Below are positions 12,301-25,852 of a DNA stretch of 64,000 nucleotides, piece by piece. The stretch covers positions 7,254,001 through 7,318,000 of the forward strand of contig JBHGNT010000020.1 in the NCBI GenBank assembly GCA_043228905.1, given 5' to 3'. Each line of letters begins with the position of its first letter. Positions within the stretch are counted from its first letter, which is position 1. Position numbers and translations under genes: made by a program. The notes beneath the pieces were generated by a model. It saw only the letters and a program-made list of their open reading frames with translations. It was not told the DNA's origin and made no database searches. Source of the stretch: Azolla caroliniana (lineage: Eukaryota; Plantae; Polypodiophyta).

Positions 12301-15300
12301 ATTATTTCCAATCTTCCATCTATTAGAAACATAATTTGGCACAAACACAAGCCTCTAAAATTTACTTTGCTAATATCTAATACAAGGGATGAGATTAATT
12401 AGCAATAGTGTGTTGTCAATCTAAACATACTCAGTTTGCATTACAGTTCTCGTATTGTGTTTTTTATGTTCGACCTTTTTCGAAATAAGGAATAACAACT
12501 TTACTGCAGACCATGTATTTTCTTCTTTGTATGTGATCTCTTGGATCTAATTTAGCTCAAACATAAGTTTTTGCAAAGACTATGATTAGACCTTTGTTAC
12601 TGGTTAGAATATACTAGAACAAAAATAGATAGATTCAAACACATGAAGAAGGTGACTGAGGAGAGGGGTAGAAGAAGAAGAAGAGAGTTTGCTTGTGTCG
12701 TTGCGCTCTCTATGACCATGGGAATTTCCCGCAAATATAAGCCTACGAAAACCAACAAATAAAGTTTCTTACTTGTGATATTTACAAAATTTAGTCTAGA
12801 AAATCGGGAACAAAAGCAGCGATATAAATTTAAAATTGTGCGAAAGTCAGATGTTTTTAGTTATACTGGTCTTGTTTAAATAGGAGAATGATACTACAAT
12901 TATTATGAGAAATTATTTTGAAACATAATTTGGCACAAACATAAGACTTCGAAATCCTTTCAACCACTTGAAACGAGCTTTGTTACGAGATATACAAAAT
13001 TTAATCTGGTAATATGTAATCGAAGCAATGACATTAATTATGAATCGTCTGTTGTGAATCTAAACATACATAATATGCATTACGGTCCTCGTATTGTGTT
13101 CTTTATGTTCGATCTCTTGAATTTGTTCTTTCCTCTTGAACCTAGAAAATCGTCTTTATCGTAAATCGATACAATGTAACGATTACAATACTAAACCATG
13201 AATTCCTTACATCCTTATCGTTTATAATTGCCTTGTTGTCCTAGGAGAATAATATAACTTTGAGATTTAAACCCATGCCTTTCCGAATTTGATCCTAAAT
13301 CCAACACCTTAGAGCACTCCGTCAAATTGTTCAGTAGTTGAAAAATGGAAGTCCAAACACCATGAATCCAAAATATTCAACGTTTATTACGGGGCATGTA
13401 TTTTCTTTGTCATCTTCAACCTCTTCTATCTAATTTAGCACAAACATAAACCTTGGAAAGCCTATCACTAGAGCTTTGTCACTAGTCAAATATATTAGAA
13501 CCTAAATAGATAGATTCATACAAATAAAGAATGTGACTGAGGAGAGGGGTAAAAGAAGTAGAAGATTGTTTGGTGGTGTCGTTGCGCTCTCTATTAGCAT
13601 GGGAATTTGCCACAAATAAAAGCCTAGGAAAACCAACAAATAAAGCTTCTTACTGGTGATATTTACCAAATTTAGTTTGGAAATCGGTAACAAAAGCTAC
13701 GATATAAATTTGTAATTGTGTCATAATTAGATGTTTGTCAGTATAATGGCCTTGTTTTCTATGGAGATTAATATTACAGTTATTATGTGAAATTATTTCC
13801 AATCTTCTATCTATTAGAAACATAATTTGGCACAAACATAAGCCTCTGAAAGCCCTTTAAGCACTTGAAAGGAGCTTTGTTACGAGATATACAAAATTTA
13901 ATTTGATAATATGTATTAGAAGCGATGAGATTAATTAAGAATCGTGTGGTGTCAATCTAAATCTACTCAATATGTATGTTGGTTCTCGTATTACGTTGTT
14001 TATATTCGATCTCTTTTGAAATAAGCAAGGACAACTATGAGATTTGAACCCATGCCCTTGTCGATTGGAGTCTAAATCCAACGCGTTAGACCACTAGACC
14101 AAATTGTCCAAATTGTTGAAAAATAGAAGTCCAAATAACATGAATTCAATATATTGAACAGTTACTGCGGCCATGTATTTTCTTCTTCATTTGCGAGCTC
14201 TTCGATATAATTTACCACAAACATAAGTCTTGGAAAGCCTATGACTACAACTATGTTACTAGTAAGATATACTAGAACCAAAATAGATTGATTCATACAC
14301 ATGAACAAAGTGACTGAGGAGAGGGGTAGAAGAAGAAGAAGAGAGTTTGGTTGTGTCGTTGCTTTCTTTATCAGCATGGGAATTTGCCACAAATATAAGC
14401 CTAGGAAAACAACCAAATAGAGTTTCTTACTTGTGATATTTACCTAATTTAGTTTGGAAATCGATAACAAAGGACACGATATAAATTTATAATTCTGCGA
14501 AAATCAGATGTTTTTAGTTATAATTGCCAATCTTCGATCTATTAGCAAAACAATTTGGCACAACGATAAGCCTCTGAAAGCCTTTGAAGCATTTGAAACG
14601 AGCTTCGTCACAAGATTTACAAAATTTAATGTGATAATATGTAATAGAAGCGATGAGATTAATTAAGAATCGTGTGTTGTTAATCTAAACATACTTAGTA
14701 TGCATTACGGTTCTCGTATTGTGTTCTTTATGTTCGATCTCTCCAATCACTTGTGTTTTGGTTTTGCCTCTTATCCTTTGAAAATCTTATTTATCGAAAA
14801 TCGAGACAATAAGATGGCAATATTAAACCAAGAATTCCTCACATGCTTATTGTTTATAACTACCTTATTATCCTTGGAGAATAATAAATTACAATTATTA
14901 TGGGAAACTATTTCTAATCTTCTATCTTCCGAAATAAGCAATGACAACTATTGGATTTGAACCCATGCCCTTCCAAATTGGAACCTAAATCCAACGCCTT
15001 AGACCACTCGGCCAAATGGTCCAGTTTTCAAATAATGGAAGTCCAAACATCATGAATTCAATATATTCAACGTTTATTACAAGGCATGTATTTTCTTTCT
15101 CATCTTCCCTCTCTTCTATCGAATTTAGCACAAACATAACATATGCAAAGCCTATTATCAGAGGTTCGTTACTGGTCAGATCTACTACAACCAAAATAGA
15201 TAGATTCATACACATGAAGAAATTGACTTAGGTGATGGGTAGAAGAAGAAGAATAGAGTTTGGTTGTGTTGTTGCGCTCTCAATTAGGATGGGAATCTGC

Positions 15301-18300
15301 TAGAAATATAGGCCTAGAGAAAACAAACAAATCAACCTTCCTACTTGTCATATTTACCAAATTTAGTTTCGAAATCCGTAACAAAAGAGACGATATACAT
15401 TTATAATTGTGCGATAATAAGATGTTTGTAGTTATAATTGCCAATCTTCAATCTATTAGGAACGCAATTAGGCACAAACATAAGCCATCTGAAACCTCTT
15501 GAAGCACTTGAAACGAGCTTCGTTACGAGATATACAAAATTTGGTTGAAGAAGAAGAAGAGGGTTTGGTTGTGTAGTTGCGCTCTCTATCAGCATTAGAA
15601 TTTGCCACAAATATAAGCCTAGCAAAACCAACAAATAAAACTTCTTACTTGTCATATTTACCAAATTTAGTTTGGAAATCGGTAACAAAAGTGGCGGTAT
15701 AAATTTGTAATTGTGCGATAATCAGATGTTTGTCTGTATAATTGCCTTGTTTTCTATGGAGAATAATATTACAGTTATTATGTGAAATTATTTGCAATCT
15801 TCCATCTATTAGAAAGTGAGTGAGGAGGGTTAGAAGAAGAAAAAGAGAGTTTGGTTGTCTTGTTGCACACTATATGAGCATGGGAATTTGCCAAAAATAT
15901 AACCTTAGGAAAAGCAACAAATAAAGCTTCTTACTTATCATATTCACCAAATTTAGTTTGGAAATCAGTAACAAAAGTGATGATAGAAATTTATAATTGT
16001 ACGATAATAAGATGTTTGTCAGTATAATTGCCTTGTTTTCTAAGGAGAATAATATTCCAGTTGTTATGTGAAATTATTTCCAATCTTCCATCGATTAGAA
16101 ACGTAATTTGGCACAAACATAAGCCCCTGAATGCCCTTGAAGCACTTGAAACGAGGTTCATTACGAGATATAGAAAATTTAATTTTGTAATATGTAATAG
16201 AAGCTAGGAGATTAATTAAGAATCGTGTGTTTTCAATCTAAAACTACTCAATATGCATCACGATTCTTGTATTGTGTTCTTTATGTTCGATCTCTTCAAT
16301 CGGATGACTTTTGGTTTTGCGTCTTGTTCTTGGAGAATCTTATTGATCGTAGATAGATAGAATGTAAAGATTACAATATTAAACCATGAATTCCTCACAT
16401 GCTTATTGTTTATAATTCCCTTGTTGTCCTAGGAGTATAATATTATAATTATTATCTGAAACTATTTCTAATCTCCTATATTTCAAAATAAGCAACCCTA
16501 AACTATGGGATTTGAACCCATGCCCTTTCAAATTGCAGCATAAATCCAACGTCGTAGATCACTCGGCCAATCTGTCCAGTTTTTGAAAACTAGAAATCCA
16601 AACACCTTGAAATTAATATATTCAACATTTATTGCGGGCCATGTATTTTCCTTTTGATCTTCGATCTTGTCTATCTAATTTTGCAGAAACATAAGCCTTG
16701 GAAAACCTATCATTAGAGCTTTGTTACTGGTCAGATATACTAGAACGAAACTAGAAGAAAGTGACTGAGGAGACGGGTTGAAGACGAAGAAGACAATTTG
16801 GTTGTGTCCTTGCGCTCTCTATCAGCATGGGAATGTGCCACAAATATAAGCCTTCGAAAACCAACAAATAAAGCTTCTAACTTGACATCACATTTACCCA
16901 ATTTGGTTTCGAAATCAATAACAAAAGAGATGATATAAATTTATAATTGTGTGATAATCAGATGTTTGTAGTTATAATTGCCTTGTTTTCTTAGGAGAAT
17001 GATATAGCAATTATTATGTGAAATTACTTCCAATCTTCGATCTATTAGCAACACAATTTGGCACAAACATGAGCTTCTAAAAGCCCGTGAAGCACTTGGA
17101 CCGTGCTTCGTTAAGAGATATCCAAAATTTAATTTTGTAATATGTAATAGAAGTGATGAGATTAATTAAGAATCGTGTGTTGTTAATCTAAACATACTTA
17201 ATATGCATTATGGTTCTCGTATTTTGTTCTTTAAGTTCGATCTCTTCAATCGGCTGAGTTTTGGTTTTGCCTCTTGTTCTTCGAAAATCTTATTTATCAT
17301 AGATCGATACAATATTAAGATATACAATAGTAAACCATGAACTACTCACATGGTTATTGTTTATAATTGGCTTTTTGTCCTAAGAGAATAATATTTCGAA
17401 AACCAACAAGTAAAGCTTCTAACTTGTCGCATTTACCCAATTTGGTTTTGAAATCGATAACAAAAGAGATGATATAAATTTATAATTGTGCGATAATCAG
17501 ATGTTTGTAGTTATAATTGCCTTGTTTTCTTAGGAGAATGATATAACAATTATTATGTGAAATTACTTCCAATCTTCGATCTATTAGCAACACAATTTGG
17601 CACAAACATGAGCCTCTAAAAGCCCGTGAAGCACTTGGACCGTGCTTCGTTACGAGATATACAAAATTTAATTTTGTAATATGTAATAGAAGTGATGAGA
17701 TTAATTAAGAATTGTGTGTTGTTAATCTAAACATACTTACTATGCATTACGGTTCTCGTATTTTGTTCTTTATGTTCGATCTCTTCAATCGGCTGAGTTT
17801 TGGTTTTGCCTCTTGTTCTTCGAAAATCTTATTTATCATAGATCGATACAATGTAAAGATCACAATATTAAACCATGAATTCCTCAAATGCTTACTGTTT
17901 ATAATTGCCTTGTTGTCCTTGGACAATAATATTACAATTATTATGGGAAATTATTCATGAATTCAATATATTCAACGTTTATTATGGGCCATGTATTTTC
18001 TTTTTCATTGTCGATCTCTTCTATCAAATTTAGCATAAACATAAGCCTTGGAAATCCTATCACTAGAGCTTTGTTACTTGTCAAATAAACTAGTGACTAA
18101 GGAAAGGGAAGAATAAGAAGACGAGAGTTTGGTTGTGTCGTTGCGCTCTCTATCAGCATTGAAATTTGCCACAAACATAAACCAAGGAAAATGATAAAGC
18201 TTCTTGCTTGTCATATTTACCAAATTTAGTTTGGAAGTCGGTTAGAAAAGCAACGATATAAATTTATATTTGTGCGATAATCCAATGTTTGTCGGTATAA

Positions 18301-21051
18301 TTGTCTTGTTTTCTTACAAGAATAATATTACAATTATTATGTGAAATTATATTCAATCTTTGATCTATTAGCAAACCAATTTTGCACAAACATAAACCTC
18401 TAAAAGCACATAAAGCACTTGAAAGGAGTTTGTTACAAAATATACAAAATTTAATTTTGTAATATCTAATAGAAGCGATGAGGTAAATTAAGAATGGTGT
18501 GTTGTTAAGCTAAACATAATTAGTATGTATTACGGTTCTCCTATTGTGCTCTTTATGTTCGATCTCTTCAATTGGCTGAGTTTTGGTTTTGCCTCTTGTT
18601 CTTGAGCTTTGTCCAGTTGTTGAAAAATGGAAGTCCAAACATCGCGAATTCAATATATTCAACGTTTATTGCGGGCCATGTATTGTCTTTTTCATCTTCA
18701 ATCTTTTTTATCTAATTTATCACAAACTTGAGCCTCGGAAAACCTATGACTAGAGCTTTGTTACCAGTCAGATAGATTTATCCACATGAAGAAAGTGACT
18801 GAGGAGAGGGGTAAAAGAAGAACCAGAGAGTTTCGTTATGTTGTTGCGCACTATATCAGCATGGGAATTTGCCACAAATATAACCCTAGGCCAACCCAAC
18901 AAATAAAGCTACCTAACTTGTCATATTTACCCAATTTAATTTGGAAATGGGTAACAAAAGATATGATATAAATTTATAATTGTGCGATAATCACATGTGT
19001 GTAGTTATAATTGCCTTGTTCTCTTAGGAGAATAATATTACAATTATTGTGGGAAACTATTTCCAATCTTCTATCTTTTAAAATAAGCAATGACAACTAT
19101 GTCATGGGATTTGAACCCATGCCCTTGCGGATTCGATACTAAATCTAAGTCTTAGACCACTCAACCAAATTGTTCAGTTGTTGAAAAATAGAATTCCAAA
19201 CACCATGAATACAATATATTGAACATTTACTACAGGCCATGTTCATTCTTCTTCATCTTCGATTTATTCGAAATGACTAGAGCTTTGTTACTTGTCAGAT
19301 ATACTAGAACGAAAATAGATAGATTCATACACATGAAGAAAGTCACTGAGGAAAAGGGTAGAAGAAGAAGAAGAGAGTTTGGTTGTGTCATTGCGCTCTC
19401 TATCAGCATGGGAATTTGCCACAAACTTAAGCCTAGGAAAACCAACAAATAAAGCTTCTTATTTTTCCTATTGATGAAACTCGGTTTGGAAATTGGTATC
19501 AAAAGCGACAATATAAATTTATAATTGTGTGAAGGTTAGATGTTTTTAGTTATACTTGCCTTGTTTTCATAGGAGAATGATACTACAATTATTATATGAA
19601 ATTATTTTGAATCTTCGATCTACTAGCAACATAATTTGGCGAAAACATAAGCCTTCGAAAGCCTTTTAAGCACTTGAAACGAGTTTCATTAAGAGATATA
19701 CAAAATTTAATCTGGTAATATGTAATAGAAGCGATGAGATTAATTAAGAATTGTGTGTTGTCAATCTAAACATACTTATATGCATTACGGATCTCATATT
19801 GTGTTCTTTATGTTCGATCTCTTGAATCGGTTGAGTTTGGGTTTATTCATCTTGTTCCTGGAAAATCGTATTTATCGTAGATCGATACAATGTAAAGATT
19901 CCATTATTAAACTATGAATTCGTTACATGCTTATTGTTTATAATTGCCTTGTTGTCCTACAACAATAAGATTACAATTTTTATGGGAAACTATTTCCAAT
20001 CTTCTATGTTTCAAAATCAGCAACAACAGCTTTGGTATTTGAACCCATGCCCTTCCGAAATGGAGGCTAAAACGACTGCCTTAGACCACTCAACCAAATT
20101 GTCCAATTGTTAAAAAATGGAAGCCCAAAGATGATGAATTGAATATATTCAACGTTTATTACGGGCCATGTATTTTCTATCTAATTTAGCACAAAGATAA
20201 GCCTTGGAAAGCCTAACATTAGAGCTTTGTTAGTGGTCAGATATACTAGAACCAAAATAGATATATTCATCCACATGAAGAAAGTGACTGATGACAGGGG
20301 TAAAAGAAGAAGAAGAGAGTTTGGTTGTGCCGTTGCGCTCTCTTTCAGCGTGGGGATTTGCCACAAATATAAGCCTTAGAAAACCAACAAATAAAGCTTC
20401 TTACTTGTCATATTAACCAAATTTAGTTTGGAAATCGGTAACAAAAACGACGATATTAATTTGTAATTCTGCGATAATCAAATGTTTGTCAATATAATTG
20501 CCATGTTCTCTATGGAGAATAATATTATAGTTATTATGTGAAATTATTTCTAATCTCCCATATATTAGAAACGTAATTTGGCACAAACATAAGCCTCTCA
20601 AAGCTCTTGAAGCACTTGAAACGAGCTTCGTTACGAGATATACAAAATTTAATTTGCTAATATGTAATAGAAGCAATGAGATTATGTAAGAATCGTGTGT
20701 TCTCAATCTAAACATACTCATATGGTGTTCTCATTACGGTTAGGCTATTGTGTTCTTTATGTTTGATATATTCAATCGGCTGAGTTTTGGATTTGCCTCT
20801 TGTTCTTAGAAAATCTTATTTATCGTAGATCGATAGAATGTAAAGATTACAATATTAAACCATGACTTTCTCAAATCCTTATTATTTATAATTGCCTTGT
20901 TGTCCTAGGAGAATAATACTACAATTATTCTAGGAAATTATTTCCAATCCTCTAATTTTCGAAATAAGCAATGACAACTATGGGATTTGAATCCATGCAT
21001 TTGTCGATTTGAGGCTAAATCCAACACCTTAGACCACTCGACCAAATTAAC
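6303..21051 (-). pseudogene. About 14 degenerate tRNA-Leu(UAG) copies in the older part of the array
   Basis: Recognisable ~80-nt tRNA-Leu sequences with stem-breaking substitutions or indels. Confidence 0.75.
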
Positions 21052-21932
21052 CAGTTGTTCAAAAATGGAAGTCCAAACACTATGAATTCAATATATTCAA
21101 CGTTTATTACATGACATGTATTTTCTTCGTCATCTTCGATCTCTTCTATCTAATTAGCACAAACATAAGCCTTGGAAAGCGTATCATTAGAGGTTTGTTA
21201 CTGGTTAGATATAATAATACCAAAATAGATAAATTCGTACACATGAAGAAACTTACTTGGGAAAGCAGTAGAAGAAAAAGAACAAAGTTTGGTTGTGTCG
21301 TTGCGCTCTCTATCAACATGGGAATTTGCTACAACTATAAGCCTAGGAAAACCAACAAATAAAGCTTCTTACTTGTGATATTTACCAAATATAGTTTGGA
21401 AATAGGTAACAAAAGCGACGATATAAATTTAGAATTGTTCGAAAGTCAAATGTTTTTAATTATACGTGCTTGGTTTTCATAGGAGAATGATACTGTAATT
21501 ATTATATGAAATTATTTCGAATCTTCGATCTATTACAAACATAATTTGGCTCAAACATAAGGCTTCAACAGCCCTTGACGCACTTAGAACGATCTTCGTT
21601 ACGAGATCTAGAAAATTTAATTTGCTAATTTGTAATAGAAGCGATGAGTTTCATAAGAATTGTGTGTTGTCAATCTAAACATGCTCAGTATACCTTACGG
21701 TTATCATATTATGTTCTTTATGTTCAATCTCTTCAATCCGCTGAATTTTGGTTTTGCCTCTTGTTCCTGGAAAATCTTAATTATTGTAGATCGATAAAAT
21801 GTAAAGATTATAATATTAAACCATGAATTCCTTACATGCGTATTGTTTATAATTGTCTTGTTTTCCTAGGAGAATTATATTACAATTATTATGGGAAACA
21901 ATTTCCAATCTTCTATCTTTTAAAATAAGCAA

Positions 21933-22012
21933 TGACAACTATGAGATTTGAACCCATGCCCTTGCGGATTGGAGCCTAAATCCAACGCCTTAGACCACTC
22001 GGCCAAATTGTC
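21933..22012 (-). tRNA. trnL-UAG: tRNA-Leu(UAG); one G:U pair in the T-stem
   Basis: Same as the 22900 copy except CCCAT>CTCAT in the T-stem. Confidence 0.65.
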
Positions 22013-22899
22013 CAATTGTTGAATAATAGAAGTTCAAACACCATGAATTCAATATATTCAACGTTTATGATGAGCCATGTATTTTCTTTTTAATCTTCGA
22101 TCTCTTCTATATAATTTAGCCCACGTATAAGCCTTGGAAAACCTATCATTAAAGCTTTGTTATTGGTCAGATATACTAGAACCAAAATAGATAGATTCAT
22201 ACACATGAAGAAAGTGACTGAGGAAAATGGTAGAAGAAGAAGAAGAAGAGAGTTTGATTGTGTCGTTGCGCTCTCTATCAGCATGGGAATTTGCCACAAA
22301 TATAAGCATAGGAAAACCAACAAATAAAGCTTCTTATTTGTGATATTTACCAAATATAGTTTGGAAATCGGTAACAAAAGCGACGATATAAATTTAGAAT
22401 TGTGCGAAAGTAAGATGTTTTTAGTTATACTTTCCTTGTTGTCATAGGAGAATGAAACTACAATTATTATATGAAATTATTTCAAATCTTCGATCTATTA
22501 GCAACGTAATTTGGCACAAACATAAGGCTTCGAAATCCCTTCAAGCACTTCAAACAAGCTTCGTTACGAGATATACAAAATTTAATTTGCTAATATATAA
22601 TAGAAAAGATAAGATTAATTAAGAATCGTTTGTCGTTAATCTAAATATACTCAATATGCATTATGGTTAGCCTATTGTGTCCTTTATTTTCGACCTCTTG
22701 AATCTGTTGAGTTTTGGTTATTTCCTCTTGTTCCTGGAAAATCTTATTTATTGTAGATCGATACAATGTAAAGATTATAATATTAAACCATGAATTCCTT
22801 ACATGCATAGTTTGTATAATTGTCTTGTTGTCCTAGGAGAATAATATTACAATTATTATGGGAAACAATTTCCAATCTTCTATCTTTTAAAATAGGCAA

Positions 22900-22979
22900 T
22901 GACAACTATGGGATTTGAACCCATGCCCTTGCGGATTGGAGCCTAAATCCAACGCCTTAGACCACTCGGCCAAATTGTC
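22900..22979 (-). tRNA. trnL-UAG: tRNA-Leu(UAG), intact cloverleaf
   Basis: GACAATTTGGCCGAGTGGTCTAAGGCGTTGGATTTAGGCTCCAATCCGCAAGGGCATGGGTTCAAATCCCATAGTTGTCA: acceptor, D, anticodon (TAG), variable and T stems all pair; A/B boxes present; TATTTT downstream. Confidence 0.75.
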
Positions 22980-23866
22980 CAATTGTTGAATAATAGAAGT
23001 CCAAACACCATGAATTCAATATATTCAACGTTTATTATGAGCCACGCATTTTCTTTTTAATCTTCGATCTCTTCTATATAATTTAGCCCACGCATAAGCC
23101 TTGGAAAGCCTATCATTAAAGCTTTGTTATTGGTCAGATATACTAGAACCAAAATAGATAGATTCATACACATGAAGAAAGTGACTGAGGAAAATGGTAG
23201 AAGAAGAAGAAGAAGAGAGTTTGATTGTGTCGTTGCACTCTCTATCAGCATGGGAATTTGCCACAAATATATGCATAGGAAAACCAACAAATAAAACTTC
23301 TTACTTGTGATATTCACCAAATATAGGTCGGAAATAGGTAACAAAAGCGACGATATAAATTTAGAATTGTTCGAAAGTCAAATGTTGTTAGTTATACGTG
23401 CTTGGTTTTCATAGGAGAATGATTCTGTAATTATTATATGAAATTATTTCGAATCTTCGATCTATTACAAACGTAATTTGGCTCAAACATAAGGCTTCGA
23501 AATCCCTTCAAGCACTTCAAACGAGCTTCGTTACAAGATATACAAAAGTTAATTTGCTAATATGTAATAGAAGAGATAAGATTAATTAAGAATCGTTTGT
23601 CGTTAATCTAAATATACTCAATATGCATTACGGTTAGGCTATTGTGTTCTTTATTTTCGACCTCTTGAATCTGTTGAGTTTTGGTTATTTCCTCTTGTTC
23701 CTGGAAAATCTTATTTATTGTAGATCGATACAATGTAAAGATTACAATATTAAACCATGAATTCCTTACATGCGTAGTTTGTATAATTGTCTTGTTGTCC
23801 TAGGAGAATAATATTACAATTATTATGGGAAACAATTTCCAATCTTCTATCTTTTAAAATAAGCAA

Positions 23867-23946
23867 TGACAACTATGGGATTTGAACCCATGCCCTTGCG
23901 GATTGGAGCCTAAATCCAACGCCTTAGACCACTCGGCCAAATTGTC
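23867..23946 (-). tRNA. trnL-UAG: tRNA-Leu(UAG), intact cloverleaf
   Basis: Identical to the 22900-22979 copy. Confidence 0.75.
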
Positions 23947-24833
23947 CAATTGTTGAATAATAGAAGTCCAAACACCATGAATTCAATATATTCAACGTTT
24001 ATGATGAGCCATGTATTTTCTTTTTAATCTTCGATCTCTTCTATATAATTTAGCCCACGCATAAGCCTTGGAAAACCTATCATTAAAGCTTTGTTACTGG
24101 TCAGATATACTAGAACCAAAATAGATAGATTCATACACATGAAGAAAGTGACTGAGGAAAATGGTAGAAGAAGAAGAAGAAGAGAGTTTGATTGTGTCAT
24201 TGCGCTCTCTATCAGCATGGGAATTTGCCACAAATATAAGCATAGGAAAACCAACAAATAAAGCTTCTTATTTGTGATATTTACCAAATATAGTTTGGAA
24301 ATCGGTAACAAAAGCGACGATATAAATTTAGAATTGTGCGAAAGTAAGATGTTTTTAGTTATACTTTCCTTGTTGTCATAAGAGAATGAAATTACAATTA
24401 TTATATGAAATTATTTCAAATCTTCGATCTATTAGCAACGTAATTTGGCACAAACATAAGGCTTCGAAATCCCTTCAAGCACTTCAAACGAGCTTCGTTA
24501 CGAGATATACAAAATTTAATTTGCTAATATATAATAGAAGAGATAAGATTAATTAAGAATCGTTTGTCGTTAATCTAAATATACTCAATATGCATTATGG
24601 TTAGCCTATTGTGTCCTTTATTTTCGACCTCTTGAATCTGTTGAGTTTTGGTTATTTCCTCTTGTTCCTGGAAAATCTTATTTATTGTAGATCGATACAA
24701 TGTAAAGATTATAATATTAAACCATGAATTCCTTACATGCGTAGTTTGTATAATTGTCTTGTTGTCCTAGGAGAATAATATTACAATTATTATGGGAAAC
24801 AATTTCCAATCTTCTATCTTTTAAAATAAGCAA

Positions 24834-24913
24834 TGACAACTATGGGATTTGAACCCATGCCCTTGCGGATTGGAGCCTAAATCCAACGCCTTAGACCACT
24901 CGGCCAAATTGTC
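24834..24913 (-). tRNA. trnL-UAG: tRNA-Leu(UAG), intact cloverleaf
   Basis: Identical to the 22900-22979 copy. Confidence 0.75.
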
Positions 24914-25520
24914 CAATTGTTGAATAATAGAAGTCCAAACAACATGAATTCAATATATTCAACGTTTATTATGAGCCATGTATTTTCTTTTTAATCTTCG
25001 ATCTCTTCTATATAATTTAGCCCACGCATAAGCCTTGGAAAGCCTATCATTAGAGCTTTGTTACTGGTTAGATATACTAGAACCAAAATAGATAGATTCA
25101 TACACATGAAGAAAGTGACTGAGGAAAATGGTAGAAGAAGAAGAAGAAGAGAGTTTGATTGTGTCGTTGCGCTCTCTATCAGCATGGGAATTTGCCACAA
25201 ATATAAGCATAGGAAAACCAAAAAATAAAGCTTCTTACTTGTGATATTCACCAAATATAGTTTGGAAATCGGTAACAAAAGCGACGATATAAATTTAGAA
25301 TTGTGCGAAAGTAAGATGTTTTTAGTTATACTTTCCTTGTTGTCATAGGAGAATGAAACTACAATTATTATATGAAATTATTTCAAATCTTCGATCTATT
25401 AGCAACGTAATTTGGCACAAACATAAGGCTTCGAAATCCCTTCAAGCACTTGAAATGAGCTTCCTTATGAGATAAACCAAATTTAATCTGGTAATATGTA
25501 ATAGAAGAGATGAGATTAAG

Positions 25521-25852
25521 TATGGTACTACCTAATTAGCTACCACTTAGGTAATTAGCTATTGTACTAAATTATGGTAGTAGCTAATTAGCTACTGTAT
25601 TCAACTATGGTAGTAGCTAATTAGCTACCACTTAGCTATTTAGCTACTGTACTAAACTATGGTAGTAGCTTATTGGCTACCACTTAGCTAATTAGCTTCT
25701 CAACTAAAGTATGGTCGTAGCTAATTAGCTACCACTTAGCTAATTAACTATATGTTAGCTAATTAGTTACTAAACTACAACCATAACAACTAAATAGTTT
25801 CCACACTTTATATGGCTTACCTAATTAGCAAAGATGGAACTAATTAGCTACA
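25521..25852. repeat. Cluster of palindromic TAGCTAATTAGCTA / TAGCTACCACT motifs; possible DNA-transposon subterminal repeats
   Basis: More than 10 imperfect copies starting exactly where the satellite stops. Confidence 0.7.

Larger units (their letters stand above)
6060..25520. repeat. Tandem satellite, ~967-bp monomer (~20+ units, many with internal deletions), carrying tRNA-Leu(UAG) genes/pseudogenes
   Basis: Same blocks recur throughout (GAGATTAATTAAGAATC, ATAGATAGATTCATACACATGAAG, AGAAGAAGAAGAGAGTTTGGTTG). tRNA-like copies at about 6303, 7208, 8076, 9514, 10072, 11001, 11774, 13252, 14029, 14942, 16497, 19091, 20024, 20972, 21933, 22900, 23867 and 24834; exact 967-bp period for the last four. 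Confidence 0.95.

Noticed and set aside
21933-24913. Array tRNA-Leu as a dedicated primer supply for neighbouring retroelements
   Set aside because: The PBSs here match Trp, iMet, Ala and Arg or are self-priming; none matches Leu
22090-25278. Four near-identical 95-aa hydrophobic ORFs (MLPISKL...) and similar short ORFs across the array
   Set aside because: By-products of the satellite: TTG starts, poly-Leu from an AAG microsatellite, and frames not conserved in older units
6060-25520. CRISPR-like array or tandem SINE interpretation
   Set aside because: Spacers between tRNAs are homologous rather than unique, and no cas genes are present. The tRNA is full length with an immediate T-run and has no SINE tail or TSD
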